NCBI GenBank assembly: GCA_965220745.1
Contig: CBDCQT010000012.1
Span: 640,001-704,000 of the forward strand
DNA: 64,000 nucleotides
Direction: 5' to 3'
Source of the DNA: Alphaproteobacteria bacterium
GTDB lineage: Bacteria > Pseudomonadota > Alphaproteobacteria > UBA828
In this document: positions 19,942 to 30,469 of the stretch, piece after piece
Numbering within the stretch: the first letter of the stretch is position 1
Layout: each line of letters starts with the position of its first letter
Position numbers and translations under genes: made by a program
Notes under the pieces: model-generated
The model's input: the letters and a program-made list of their open reading frames with translations, nothing else
Databases searched by the model: none
Told to the model about the DNA's origin: nothing

Positions 19942-21537
19942 ATGAACGAAACCTCTCACGACCTGCGGGCGCTGGCTCAGAACGCCAAGGCCTGGCCTTT
20001 CAAGGAGGCCGCGGCGCTCCTGAAGCGCATCGGCGGCACGACGCCGGCGAAGGGCTATGCGCTGTTCGAGACCGGCTACGGCCCCTCGGGCCTACCCCAT
20101 ATCGGCACCTTCGCCGAGGTCGCGCGCACGACCATGGTGCGCCACGCCTTTGCCACGCTTTGCGACATTCCGACGCGCCTCGTGGCCTTCTCGGACGACA
20201 TGGACGCGCTGCGCAAGGTGCCGGACAACATTCCCGAACGCGCGATGGTCGAGCAGCACCTGGGCAAGCCGCTGACCCAGATTCCCGACCCCTTCGGCAC
20301 GCACGAGAGTTTCGGGGCGCACAACAACGCGCGGCTGCGGGCCTTCCTCGACGACTTCGGCTTCGACTACAGCTTCAAGAGCTCGAGCGAGGCTTACCGG
20401 TCAGGCGAGTTCGACGGCGCGCTCATGGACGTGCTGCGTCACTACGACGAGATCATGCGGATCATCCTGCCGACGCTGGGCGCCGAGCGGCAGGCGACCT
20501 ACAGCCCCTTCCTGCCGCTCTGCCCCAAGACCGGCCGCGTGCTGCAGGTGCCGATCACGGCCCGTGACGAGGACGCTGGCACCGTGAGCTACGTGGACGA
20601 GGACGGCGAGACCATGACGGTCCCGGTCACGGGCGGTCGTTGCAAGCTGCAGTGGAAGGCGGACTGGGCCATGCGCTGGCATGCGCTTGGCGTCGATTAC
20701 GAGATGGCGGGGAAGGACCTGATCAGCTCGGTCGAGCTTTCGGGCAAGATCTGCCGCGCGCTGGGCTCCAGGCCGCCCGCCGGCTTCATCTACGAGCTCT
20801 TCCTCGACGAGAACGGCGAGAAGATCTCGAAGTCGCGCGGCAACGGGCTCACGATCGAGGAGTGGCTTACCTACGGGCCGCGCGATTCGCTCTCGCTCTA
20901 CATGTACAACGCGCCGAGGCGGGCCAAGCGGCTCTACTTCGACGTGATCCCACGCCATGTCGACGATTACCTGACCCATCTCGCGAAGTACCCGGCGCAG
21001 GGGGAGACCGAGCGGCTGGAGAGCCCGGCCTGGCACATTCACGCGGGCCACCCGCCCGCGCCCGAGACCGGATTGAGCTACGGCATCCTTCTGAACCTCG
21101 CGAGCGTCTGCAACACCGAGGACCCGGCCGTCCTCTGGGGCTTCATCGCCCGCTACGTGCCTGGTGCCTCACCGGAGACCGCGCCCATCCTCGATGAGCT
21201 GGTGGGCCACGCCATCTGCTACTACCGTGATCGGGTGAAGCCGACGAAGGCGTATCGGGCGCCACTGGCGGAGGAGCGGGCGGCGCTCGACGACCTGCGT
21301 ACCGTGCTGGCCGCGCTGCCGGCGGACGCGAGCGCCGAGGACATCCAGACCGAGGTCTACGAGGTGGGCAAGCGCCACCCGTTCGAATCCCTGCGCGAGT
21401 GGTTCCGTGCGCTCTACGAGATCCTCCTGGGCCAGAGCCAGGGCCCGCGCATGGGCTCGTTCATCGCGCTCTACGGGCTCGCGGAGACGGTCGTGCTGAT
21501 TGACCGCGCGTTGGCTGGCGAGGACCTGGCTGCGTAG
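19942..21537 (+). CDS. lysS: Lysine--tRNA ligase, class I
   Basis: [18 protein letters not shown] (HIGH-like), KISKSRGNG (KMSKS-like), GPRMGSF. Confidence 0.96.
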   Translation: MNETSHDLRALAQNAKAWPFKEAAALLKRIGGTTPAKGYALFETGYGPSGLPHIGTFAEVARTTMVRHAFATLCDIPTRLVAFSDDMDALRKVPDNIPERAMVEQHLGKPLTQIPDPFGTHESFGAHNNARLRAFLDDFGFDYSFKSSSEAYRSGEFDGALMDVLRHYDEIMRIILPTLGAERQATYSPFLPLCPKTGRVLQVPITARDEDAGTVSYVDEDGETMTVPVTGGRCKLQWKADWAMRWHALGVDYEMAGKDLISSVELSGKICRALGSRPPAGFIYELFLDENGEKISKSRGNGLTIEEWLTYGPRDSLSLYMYNAPRRAKRLYFDVIPRHVDDYLTHLAKYPAQGETERLESPAWHIHAGHPPAPETGLSYGILLNLASVCNTEDPAVLWGFIARYVPGASPETAPILDELVGHAICYYRDRVKPTKAYRAPLAEERAALDDLRTVLAALPADASAEDIQTEVYEVGKRHPFESLREWFRALYEILLGQSQGPRMGSFIALYGLAETVVLIDRALAGEDLAA

Positions 21538-21821
21538 CAGGGGCGATCCCGAAGCGCCGCGCCGCCGCCTCCGCGACATCCCAAGCGTCCCTTCGACCTC
21601 GACCTCCCTGTTGGGGCTAGGTGAGAATAGAGCCACTCCAACTCTTCCTCTTTCAAACATCTAACCTGATTTAGGCTGCTCATTGCGGCAAATGAACCGG
21701 CATGATTTGCAAAATATAATCTGGAGATCGATGCGGTATAGTGCTATATTAATTGGCTGCGACTGACACCACGACACTCGTTGTTTTGCGTTAATGTAGG
21801 TCTATCGCAAGATCATGGTAA

Positions 21822-23096
21822 ATGCCCGGTATATCTAAATTCACTCGCCCAGCGTTCGGAAAACGCATTGCCATACTGGCACCCAGCCTAGCTGGGCAAG
21901 GAGCCGAGAGGAAGGCACTGTGTATCGGAGCCGGGCTGCTTGAGCGAGGCCACAAAGTCGATCTTCTCCTCTATCGACTCGTTTGCCACTATCCTGAAGA
22001 AGTACCGGATGGGATGCGCATTTACTATGCTTCAGGCCGAAATGACAGTAGAACGCGTTTGAATCTGGACCGAGTCACTGCGATTCACCAGCCTTTCGTG
22101 CCCGATCCTCTTCCTTGGCGCATTCGCCTTCCGCGTCTGGGAACGGTGAACCGTCTGTCGCGCAAGCACTTGCCGCTGCTCACGAGTACGAGACTTCCTC
22201 GATGGGCCGTTTGCATCGCCGCATACATGGATCGAAAGAAACCGGACGCGCTTCTGGCCATGCATGTTCTCGCGACTACAGCGGCAGCAATGGCAACGCA
22301 TCTCACTTCCCACAGGGCGAAAACGGTAGCCACATTGCACGGGCCGTTAACGCGTCGGCTTCTGCATCGAGCACGCCGCTCGTATCCCTACGCGGATGAG
22401 GTTGTTGGAGTGTCTCATGGTATAACGAGCGAGTTTTCCAAAGTCCCAAACTTGTCAGGTGGTCGGGTTCACACCGTCTATAATCCCATTGACATCGGCT
22501 ATATCAAACGGAAATCAAGAGAGCCAGTCAACCATTGTTGGCTTGTTAATCCTAACTGTCCAGTCATATTGGCCATCGGTAAGTTGATTAAGAGGAAGGA
22601 TTTTGTCACTCTTCTTCGCGCCTTCGCGCGTCTCGTGTCCAAGCGGAAGGCGCGATTGATCGTTCTTGGAGAAGGTCGTTTTCGGTCAAGCCTGCATTCG
22701 TTGGCAAATAGACTTAGCGTGGCTGAACATGTTGACTTTCCGGGGTTCGCAGAAAATCCTTTCGCCTTTCTCGCAAAAGCCGATTTATTCGTACTCTCAT
22801 CCCGAAACGAGGGGCTTCCTACCGTTCTCATCGAAGCGATGGTTTGCGGATGCCCGGTCGTCAGCACGGACTGTGACTTTGGGCCTCGGGAAATTCTGGA
22901 AGACGGCCGCCAAGGGCCTCTGGTACCCGTGGGAGAGCCGGAGGCACTTGCAGGCGCCATGCTCTCCGTTCTGGACAACCCGCCGCGGCGCGAGGCGCTG
23001 CAGACTCGAGCGGAATTCTTCAACGCCGCTCGGGCAGTAGACCGGTACGAAGAGCTGCTGTTGGGTGAGGAACGCTGGGTAGAACAGCGAGCGTGA
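21822..23096 (+). CDS. GT4 glycosyltransferase
   Basis: GQGAER, VYNPID, SSRNEGLPTVLIEAM (E-x7-E), STDCDFGPREIL; lower-GC codon use. Confidence 0.9.
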   Translation: MPGISKFTRPAFGKRIAILAPSLAGQGAERKALCIGAGLLERGHKVDLLLYRLVCHYPEEVPDGMRIYYASGRNDSRTRLNLDRVTAIHQPFVPDPLPWRIRLPRLGTVNRLSRKHLPLLTSTRLPRWAVCIAAYMDRKKPDALLAMHVLATTAAAMATHLTSHRAKTVATLHGPLTRRLLHRARRSYPYADEVVGVSHGITSEFSKVPNLSGGRVHTVYNPIDIGYIKRKSREPVNHCWLVNPNCPVILAIGKLIKRKDFVTLLRAFARLVSKRKARLIVLGEGRFRSSLHSLANRLSVAEHVDFPGFAENPFAFLAKADLFVLSSRNEGLPTVLIEAMVCGCPVVSTDCDFGPREILEDGRQGPLVPVGEPEALAGAMLSVLDNPPRREALQTRAEFFNAARAVDRYEELLLGEERWVEQRA

Positions 23097-23177
23097 ACCT
23101 CGCGAGATGGGAGGCCTCCTCGTCCGTCATTGGGTCGATCCGTTTGAGGTTCTGAATTTAGCTCGTAAGTAAAGTGT

Positions 23178-24230
23178 ATGGTCCAGATTTCCGATATCCA
23201 TGTTGTTGCGCCACACTTCAAGCGCCGGTACTCGGGCGTGACCAGCACGATCATTCAGTTAATCCCCAAACAGGCAGAAAAAGTCGGAATTGCCACGCTA
23301 GGGCCGGGCTTGCCCAACGGCCTTCCCAAGATCGCTTGGTGGCAGATGCCCTTGCTCCTTAAGCGACCGCGCCAGCGCCCCCTCCGCATTTGGCACGCCC
23401 GGCGAAATAACGAGATGCTGATTGGGTTGTTCCTGAAAGCCGCGTTTCGAGCGCCGTTGACGCTCGTTTTCACCTCTGCCGCGCAGCGTTCGCGCAGTTG
23501 GTTCAGCCGGTTCCTGATATCGCGAATGGACTCTGTTATTGCAACCAGCGGTCCATCTGGGCAAACCTTGACGGTACCCCACACCGTTGTAATGCATGGA
23601 GTGGATTGTGCGCGATTTCGCCCGCCCATGGGCCCGGACGATCAGTGGGAACGCAGCGGATTGCCAGGTCGGTATGCAATCGGGTGTTTTGGCCGTATCC
23701 GATATCTGAAAGGAACCGATCTATTCGTCGATGCGATGGTGCATCTGTTGCCAGACTATCCGGACTGGACCGCTGTAGTGGCGGGAAGAGTGACTTGTCA
23801 TAACCGTTACTTCTATGAAACATTACTGCGTCGCATTGTGCGTGAAGACTTGGAGAGGCGGATCGTATTTCTGGGAGAAGTATCTAATGCAAATCTTTGG
23901 TTTCGGCGGCTGACGTTACATGTTTCACCTTCGCGATATGAGGGTTTCGGACTGACCCCGCTCGAGGCCATGGCCTCTCAAACCGCGGTCGTGGCGAGCG
24001 ACGCCGGGTCGTATCCGGAAATGATCGTGGAGGGTGTAACAGGGGCTGTCGTATCAGCCGGGGACGGCGATGCACTCGTCGAGGCAATCAGACGCTATAT
24101 GGCAGATCCTGAGCTTGCGGCCGTACATGGACGCAACGGTCGCAAACATGTGTGTGAGAACTTCCCTGTCGAGAAGGAAATGAGCGGCATTAACGCCGTT
24201 TACGATCGGATTTGGCGAGACAGCAAATGA
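23178..24230 (+). CDS. GT4 LPS core glycosyltransferase, LpcC/LpsB-like
   Basis: N-terminal VVAPHFKRRYSGVTSTIIQLIP, IWHARRNNEM, FTSAAQR, KGTDLF, EGFGLTPLEAMAS recognised from rhizobial LpcC/LpsB. Confidence 0.85.
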   Translation: MVQISDIHVVAPHFKRRYSGVTSTIIQLIPKQAEKVGIATLGPGLPNGLPKIAWWQMPLLLKRPRQRPLRIWHARRNNEMLIGLFLKAAFRAPLTLVFTSAAQRSRSWFSRFLISRMDSVIATSGPSGQTLTVPHTVVMHGVDCARFRPPMGPDDQWERSGLPGRYAIGCFGRIRYLKGTDLFVDAMVHLLPDYPDWTAVVAGRVTCHNRYFYETLLRRIVREDLERRIVFLGEVSNANLWFRRLTLHVSPSRYEGFGLTPLEAMASQTAVVASDAGSYPEMIVEGVTGAVVSAGDGDALVEAIRRYMADPELAAVHGRNGRKHVCENFPVEKEMSGINAVYDRIWRDSK

Positions 24231-24330
24231 GCTTCGTAAGGTGCCCCCGTCGGCAAAGGCTGACCGTTTCCCGCATTTGCCAGAGTTCCGCTCATGGTCA
24301 TCGTCTGGCGAGGGGGGCGAGAGCCCCGCC

Positions 24331-24345
24331 TGGCACGTTTTCTGC
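24331..24345 (+). promoter_or_regulatory. Putative sigma-54 (-24/-12) promoter
   Basis: TGGCACGTTTTCTGC: GG and GC separated by 10 nt, near-consensus, intergenic. Confidence 0.55.
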
Positions 24346-24420
24346 CACGAAGGATCGACGGACTTCGTCGATCTCTCATCATTAATTTCGTCACGGAGGA
24401 ATGGCGTAACCGTCACGCGT

Positions 24421-25386
24421 GTGCTTGTCCCAACAAACCCGTCGGTTAGAACCGTCTGGGCTGTGACCACCGGTGAAGCCGGCAAGGTGTCTCAGGCGGA
24501 GGGGTTGGCCGAGGCGCTCGGCTGGCCGTTCGAGAGCATCGTCGTCCGGCTGCGCCGGCCCTGGTCGTGGTCGCCGGCACATCGGCAGCCACCGGGCCTC
24601 CTGCGCTTCGGGGTGGAGGGAAACCTCCCGCAGCTCTGGCCCGACCTGCTGATCAGCTGTGGCCGGCGTAGTGTCCCGGTTGCGGCCGCGGTAAGGCGCG
24701 CCGCCAGCGGGCGAACCTTCGCCGTGCACATCCAGAATCCGCGAACGCCTCTCCCTTGTTTCGACCTGATTGTGCCGCTGGCGCATGACGGGCTCGCCGG
24801 GCCCAACGTGGTGGCGACGCAGGCCGCGCTGCACCGTATAACGCCCGAGAAGCTCGCGTCGGCCGGCGCGGAATGGCAGGAACGGCTCGGCAATCTTAAC
24901 GTCGCGGTGCTGCTCGGCGGCCGCTCGCGGTCATATCGCTTCACGCGGGAGACAATCGACAAGCTGGCGGGCGAACTCGCAAGCCTTCATGGGGAAATCG
25001 CGGTGACGGCATCGCGGCGGACGGACCCCGGATTGGTCGATGCGCTCAAGGCCCGTGTGCCGCGGGCCTGGTTCTGGGACGGCACCGGTCCCAACCCCTA
25101 TCTGGGCATGTTGGCGCTGGCCCGCCACATCGTGGTCACGGAGGACTCGGTCTCCATGATCAGCGAGGCCATATCGACGGGGAAGCCCGTCTACGTTGCC
25201 GGGATGGCGGGCGGCAGCCGCCGGCTCGCGCACTTCCACGCCTCGCTCAGGGAAGCTGGCATCGTCCGCCCCTTCGACGGCCGGCTCGCCGAGTGGCGTT
25301 ACGAGCCGATCAACGAGACGCCGCGCATCGCCGCGGAAGTGCTCTGGCGGATGGAGGCCGCTTCAGCCGCCGCGCCGTCCCCCTAG
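24421..25386 (+). CDS. Mitochondrial fission ELM1 family protein
   Basis: SQAEGLAEAL, PDLLISCGRRS, HIQNPR, TASRRT, NPYLGML, VTEDSVSMISEA; start uncertain. Confidence 0.85.
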   Translation: MLVPTNPSVRTVWAVTTGEAGKVSQAEGLAEALGWPFESIVVRLRRPWSWSPAHRQPPGLLRFGVEGNLPQLWPDLLISCGRRSVPVAAAVRRAASGRTFAVHIQNPRTPLPCFDLIVPLAHDGLAGPNVVATQAALHRITPEKLASAGAEWQERLGNLNVAVLLGGRSRSYRFTRETIDKLAGELASLHGEIAVTASRRTDPGLVDALKARVPRAWFWDGTGPNPYLGMLALARHIVVTEDSVSMISEAISTGKPVYVAGMAGGSRRLAHFHASLREAGIVRPFDGRLAEWRYEPINETPRIAAEVLWRMEAASAAAPSP

Positions 25387-25497
25387 ACCTGTCACCGGGG
25401 TATGCCTCTCTCGCAGGGTTTGGGAAGGTCTGCTACTGTCCCCGCCAACCGTTGTGTACGGCTGTGTACGGCGATTTCCGGGAGAGGAGACCAGTCA

Positions 25498-26808
25498 ATG
25501 ACAACCAAGAGCAGCGCGGCGGAGAGGGCCGGCCGCACCCGTCGAGAAATCCTGAAGGCTGGCGCCGCCGGCGCCGTCGGGACCGCCGCGCTCAGCGCTG
25601 GCTTTCCCTCCATCGTCCGCGCTGCGGACACGGTGCGGATCGGCTACGTCAGCCCCAAGACCGGGCCGCTCGCGCCCTTCGCCGTTTCCGACGAGTTCAA
25701 CGTCGCCACAGTGCTGGAGGCCATCGGCGGCAAGGTCGAGTCCGGCGGCAAGAGCCTCGATGTCGAGATCATCGTCAAAGACAGCCAGTCGAACCCGAAC
25801 CGCGCGGCGGAGGTGGCGAGCGAGCTGATCCTCTCCGACGAGGTGCACCTGCTCTGCGCCGGCAACACGCCGGAGACCACCAATCCGGTCGCAGACCAGG
25901 CCGAGATCAACGAGGTCCCCTGCGTCACCACGCTCTGCCCGTGGCAGCCCTACTTCTTCGGGCGCGGCGGCAATCCGGCGGAGGGCTTCCAGTGGACCTA
26001 CCACTACTTCTGGGGGCTGGAGGACGTGATCGCGGTCTTCCTCAACCTCTGGGCCAAGATCGAGACCAACAAGGTTGTCGGCGGGCTGTTCCCCAACGAC
26101 GGCGACGGCAATGCCTGGGGCCATCCCGAGCTGGGCTTCCCCAAGCCGCTCGCGGCCGCCGGCTATACCCTGATCGATCCGGGCCGCTATCAGAACCTCT
26201 CCGACGACTTCTCGGCCCACATTTCCGAGTTCAAGGAAAACGGCGTCGAGATCGTTACCGGCGTCGTACTGCCGCCGGACTTCACCACCTTCTGGACTCA
26301 GGCCGCGCAGCAGGGTTTCCGGCCCAAGGCGGCGACCGTGGGCAAGGCGCTGCTCTTCCCCGAGGCGATCGGGGCACTCGGCGACGCCGGGCACAACCTG
26401 AGCTCCGAGATCTGGTGGAGCCCCTCGCACCCCTTCACGTCGAGCATCACCGGCCAGAGCTGCGGCGAGCTCGCCGCCGCCTTCACCGCCGCCACCGGCA
26501 AGCAGTGGAGCCAGCCAGTGGGCTACGGCCACTCGATCTTCGAGGTCGCCCTCGACGTCGTGAGCCGGGCCGAGGATGTCAACGACACCGAGGCCATGCT
26601 GGCGTCCATCGTCGCCACCAACGTCTCGACGATCGCAGGCCCGGTCTCGTGGGGCTCGGGCCCGGTGAAGAACGTCGCAAAGATGCCGCTGGTGGGCGGC
26701 CAATGGCGGCGCACGCCGGACGGCCCCTTCGACCATGATCTCATCGTCACATCCAACGAGACGGCGCCGGACGTCCCTGTCGGCGGCGATATGGAAGTCA
26801 TCGGCTAG
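25498..26808 (+). CDS. Branched-chain-amino-acid-type ABC substrate-binding protein, Tat-exported
   Basis: RBS GAGGAG; TRREILK twin-arginine signal; [24 protein letters not shown]. Confidence 0.9.
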   Translation: MTTKSSAAERAGRTRREILKAGAAGAVGTAALSAGFPSIVRAADTVRIGYVSPKTGPLAPFAVSDEFNVATVLEAIGGKVESGGKSLDVEIIVKDSQSNPNRAAEVASELILSDEVHLLCAGNTPETTNPVADQAEINEVPCVTTLCPWQPYFFGRGGNPAEGFQWTYHYFWGLEDVIAVFLNLWAKIETNKVVGGLFPNDGDGNAWGHPELGFPKPLAAAGYTLIDPGRYQNLSDDFSAHISEFKENGVEIVTGVVLPPDFTTFWTQAAQQGFRPKAATVGKALLFPEAIGALGDAGHNLSSEIWWSPSHPFTSSITGQSCGELAAAFTAATGKQWSQPVGYGHSIFEVALDVVSRAEDVNDTEAMLASIVATNVSTIAGPVSWGSGPVKNVAKMPLVGGQWRRTPDGPFDHDLIVTSNETAPDVPVGGDMEVIG

Positions 26809-26865
26809 GAGGGAGCAAGACCTGCGGACGGCGCCCCCGGCGCCGCTCCGCAGGCGCGTGCCGGC

Positions 26866-27591
26866 ATGACGGCGCTGATCGCGCTGGAGGGGGTCTCCAA
26901 GAGCTTCGGCTCGGTCAGGGCGACCGACCAGTTCAGCATGGAGCTTGAGGACGGCGAGGCGCTCGGCGTCATCGGCCCCAACGGCGCCGGCAAGAGCACG
27001 ATGTTCAACATCATCACCGGCGCGGTGCGGCCGAACGCGGGGCGTGTGCTCTTCGCGGGCCGCGACATCACACGCACACCGGCGCACGAGCGCTGCCGCA
27101 TGGGGATCGGACGCTCCTACCAGATCCCCCATCCCTTCGCGAACATGACCGTGTTCGAGAACCTGCTGGTGGGCGCGGCCTTCGGCGGCAGTCGTTCGGA
27201 AGCCGCCTGCTATGAGGACTGCCACGAAATCCTGGGGCGCACCGGCCTGCTGGAGAAGGCGAACGCGCTGGCCGGCGCGCTCACCCTGCTGGAACGCAAG
27301 CGGCTGGAGATGGCGCGCGCGCTCGCGACCCGGCCTCGCGTGTTGCTTCTGGACGAGATCGCCGGCGGGCTGACCGAGCACGAGTGTGTCGCGCTGGTCG
27401 AGACCATCAAGACGATCCACCGCACCGGCGTTTCCATCGTCTGGATCGAGCATGTGGTCCACGCGCTGCTCTCGGTGGTGAGCCGCCTGATCGTCATCAA
27501 CTTCGGCCGGAAGCTCGCCGAGGGTGATCCGCAAGAAGTAATGGCGAGCGCCGAAGTGCAGGAGGTCTACATGGGGATCAGCGCCGAATGA
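26866..27591 (+). CDS. ABC ATP-binding protein, LivG-like
   Basis: [23 protein letters not shown]. Confidence 0.92.
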   Translation: MTALIALEGVSKSFGSVRATDQFSMELEDGEALGVIGPNGAGKSTMFNIITGAVRPNAGRVLFAGRDITRTPAHERCRMGIGRSYQIPHPFANMTVFENLLVGAAFGGSRSEAACYEDCHEILGRTGLLEKANALAGALTLLERKRLEMARALATRPRVLLLDEIAGGLTEHECVALVETIKTIHRTGVSIVWIEHVVHALLSVVSRLIVINFGRKLAEGDPQEVMASAEVQEVYMGISAE

Positions 27592-28301
27592 GCGGGACGC
27601 CCGAGACGGTGCTGGCGACCCACGACCTCACCGCGTTCTACGGCGACTTCCAGGCGCTGTTCGGGATCGACATACATGTCGCGCGCGGCGAGACCGTTGC
27701 CATCATCGGCGCCAACGGCGCGGGTAAGTCGACGTTCCTGAGAAGCGTGGTCGGGCAGCTGGCGAGCGCGCGGGAGCAGGTGACGTTCGAGGGCGAGCCC
27801 ATCGGGCATCTGCCGGCCCACGAGATCGTGCGCCGCGGCGTCGCATTGGTGCCCGAGGGGCGGCTGCTCTTCCCCTCGCTCTCGGTCGAGGAGAACCTGC
27901 GTCTCGGCGCCTACGGCAAGCGCGCAGGGCCGTGGAAGATCGAGCGCGTGCATGAGCTGTTCCCGGTGCTGCGGGAACGCTGCGCGACGCCCGGCACCGC
28001 GCTCAGCGGCGGCGAGCAGCAGATGTGCGCCATCGGCCGCGCGCTGATGAGCAACCCGACGCTGTTGCTCTGCGACGAGCTCAGCCTGGGGCTCGCGCCG
28101 GTCATCATCCGGCAGATCTACGCCGTGCTGCCGATGATCGTGGCCGAGGGGACGACGGTCGTCGTGGTCGAGCAGGACATCAATCAGGCGCTCGCTGTTG
28201 CCGACCGCGTCTACTGCTTTCAGGAAGGACGCGTTTCGCTTCAGGGCAGGCCGGACGACCTCTCCCGCGAAGACGTCGCCACGGCCTACTTCGGGGTCTA
28301 G
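27588..28301 (+). CDS. ABC ATP-binding protein, LivF-like
   Basis: GANGAGKST, LVPEGR, LSGGEQQM, DELSLGLAP. Confidence 0.92.
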   Translation: MSGTPETVLATHDLTAFYGDFQALFGIDIHVARGETVAIIGANGAGKSTFLRSVVGQLASAREQVTFEGEPIGHLPAHEIVRRGVALVPEGRLLFPSLSVEENLRLGAYGKRAGPWKIERVHELFPVLRERCATPGTALSGGEQQMCAIGRALMSNPTLLLCDELSLGLAPVIIRQIYAVLPMIVAEGTTVVVVEQDINQALAVADRVYCFQEGRVSLQGRPDDLSREDVATAYFGV

Positions 28302-28347
28302 CTTCGTGTCCTGGAATCAAGAATGAGTAATGCCAACAACCCCTTGA

Positions 28348-28437
28348 CGTCATGGCCGGGCTTGTCCCGGCCATCCAGGAACGAGCGCCGCTCTCGCTTG
28401 GATCGACGAGATGCCCGGATCAAGTCCGGGCATGACG
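28348..28437. repeat. Alphaproteobacterial REP-like double-palindrome element
   Basis: CGTCATGGCCGGGCTTGTCCCGGCCATCC ... GATGCCCGGATCAAGTCCGGGCATGACG: two hairpins in inverted orientation with CGTCATG/CATGACG termini. Confidence 0.85.
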
Positions 28438-28499
28438 GTAGAGGGCGAGCGCCATCTGTGCGTATTTCCGGGACAGGCACCAGGAGCGCCTGACCCGCG

Positions 28500-29369
28500 A
28501 TGGAGTGGCTCGACGCCATCATCCAGGGCGTGCTGCTGGGCGGGCTCTATGCGCTGTTCGCGACCGGGCTCTCGCTGATATTCGGCGTGATGCGGCTGGT
28601 CAACATCGCGCATGGCGATTTGATCGTGCTCTCCGCCTTTCTCGGCCTCGCCATGGTCAACGGTACCGGCGTGCACCCGCTCATCAGCCTGATCGTCATC
28701 GTGCCGGTGATGGCGGCCATCGGCTACGCGCTCCAGCGCGGCATCCTCAACTTCACGCTGGGCCGCGACATCCTGCCGCCGCTGCTGGTGACCTTCGGCC
28801 TTTCCATCATCATCCAGAACGTGCTGCTGGAGGTGTTCTCCGCCGACACGCAACGGCTCAAGGCCGGCGCGCTGGAGACCGCGAGCATCGCCATCGGCGA
28901 GCAGATTGCCATCGGCTGGTTCCCCCTCATCGTCTTCCTCTCTGCGGTCGGCGTGATCGCGGCCTTGCAGCTCGTGCTCTTCCGCACCCGGCTGGGCACC
29001 GCCTTCCGTGCGACCTCCGACGACCACGAGACCGCGGCGCTGATGGGCATCGACAACCGCCACGTCTTCGCGCTCGCCATGGCGCTGGCGCTAGGGGTGG
29101 TCGCGCTCGCGGGAACGTTCATGGCGATCCGCACCAACTTCTCGCCCTCCATCGGGCCTGCGCGGCTGCTCTACGCCTTCGAGGCGGTGATCATCGGCGG
29201 GCTCGGGAGCCTCTGGGGCACGCTGGCGGGTGGCGTGATCCTGGGCGTCGCCCAGGCCATCGGCGCGAAGTTCCACCCCGGCGGGCAGATCCTGGCGGGC
29301 CACGTGGCCTTCCTGATCGTGCTGGTGCTGCGCCCCAACGGGCTCTTCCCGCGCACGAGGGACCGGTGA
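28500..29369 (+). CDS. Branched-chain ABC permease, LivH-like
   Basis: YALFATGLSLIFGVMRLVNIAHGD, AALMGID, IIGGLGS. Confidence 0.92.
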   Translation: MEWLDAIIQGVLLGGLYALFATGLSLIFGVMRLVNIAHGDLIVLSAFLGLAMVNGTGVHPLISLIVIVPVMAAIGYALQRGILNFTLGRDILPPLLVTFGLSIIIQNVLLEVFSADTQRLKAGALETASIAIGEQIAIGWFPLIVFLSAVGVIAALQLVLFRTRLGTAFRATSDDHETAALMGIDNRHVFALAMALALGVVALAGTFMAIRTNFSPSIGPARLLYAFEAVIIGGLGSLWGTLAGGVILGVAQAIGAKFHPGGQILAGHVAFLIVLVLRPNGLFPRTRDR

Positions 29370-30436
29370 GCGAGGGCGCCGCCACCTATCGCGTCGCGCG
29401 CGGCACGCGCGCGAGCCGCTACGGCGCGCTGGTCGCGATCGCAGGCCTCGCGGTCCTGATCTCGCTCCCCTTCTGGGGCGGGCGCGCGGACATGCGGACC
29501 ATCGTCGAGATCGCCTACTACCTGGCGCTGGCGCAGCTCTGGAACCTGCTCGCGGGCTACGCGGGACTGGTCTCGGTCGGCCAGCAGGCGTTCCTGGGGC
29601 TCGGCGGCTACGCGCTCTTCGTCTTCGCGATGAACGCGGGCGTCCACCCCATCGCCGCGATCCCGCTCGCCGGCATCGCGGCCGCGCTCTTCGCCGTGCC
29701 GACGGCGTTCATCGTGTTCCGCCTGCGGGGCGCCTACTTCGCCATCGGCACCTGGGTGGTGGCGGAGGTCTACATGCTCTCCTTCGCCCAGGTGTCTGCG
29801 CTCGGCGGCGGCTCCGGCATGAGCCTGCCGGCGGCGGTGGTGAAGGGCATCGCCGCAGGGCGCATGTGGCGGGAAACGGCGATCTACTGGACCGGGATTG
29901 CCATCGCGGTCGGCGCCATCGCGCTGGTCTACCTGCTGCTGCGCTCGCGCCACGGCCTCGCGCTGACCGCGATCCGGGATTCGGAGGAGGCGTCCGGCAG
30001 CCTCGGCGTCGACAATTTCCGCACCAAGATCTGGGTCTATATCGTGGCCGCCTTCGGCACCGGCATGGTCGGCGCGCTGGTCTTCCTGACCAAGCTCCGC
30101 ATCTCGCCCGAGGCCGGCTTCAACGTGATCGACTGGACCGCCAACGTCATCTTCATCGTGGTGATCGGCGGCATCGGCACAATCGAAGGGCCGATCGTCG
30201 GGGTCATCGTCTTCTTCGTGCTGCGCGAGCTGCTCGCGGACTTCGGCAGCTGGTACCTGATCGTGCTCGGCGCGGCCGCGGTGCTGATGATGCTGCGCGC
30301 GCCGCAGGGCATCTGGGGCCTGATCGCCGAGCGCTTCGATATCCGGTTCTTCCCGGTGCAGCGGCGCCTCGTGTTCGATCCCGCGTCCTTCAGCTTCGTC
30401 GCGGACTCCCGAGACGAGAACGATCGCAGGTCGTGA
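29366..30436 (+). CDS. Branched-chain ABC permease, LivM-like
   Basis: GTGA overlap; WNLLAGYAGLVSVGQQAF, RLRGAYFAIGT, VVIGGIGTIEGP. Confidence 0.92.
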   Translation: MSEGAATYRVARGTRASRYGALVAIAGLAVLISLPFWGGRADMRTIVEIAYYLALAQLWNLLAGYAGLVSVGQQAFLGLGGYALFVFAMNAGVHPIAAIPLAGIAAALFAVPTAFIVFRLRGAYFAIGTWVVAEVYMLSFAQVSALGGGSGMSLPAAVVKGIAAGRMWRETAIYWTGIAIAVGAIALVYLLLRSRHGLALTAIRDSEEASGSLGVDNFRTKIWVYIVAAFGTGMVGALVFLTKLRISPEAGFNVIDWTANVIFIVVIGGIGTIEGPIVGVIVFFVLRELLADFGSWYLIVLGAAAVLMMLRAPQGIWGLIAERFDIRFFPVQRRLVFDPASFSFVADSRDENDRRS

Positions 30437-30469
30437 TCTTCGAGAGGGTGTGAGACCTTCGGCCTTCGC

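Noticed and set aside
21471-21683. 70-aa minus-strand ORF at the islet border
   Set aside because: It overlaps the lysS 3' end, has no recognisable motif and no clear RBS.
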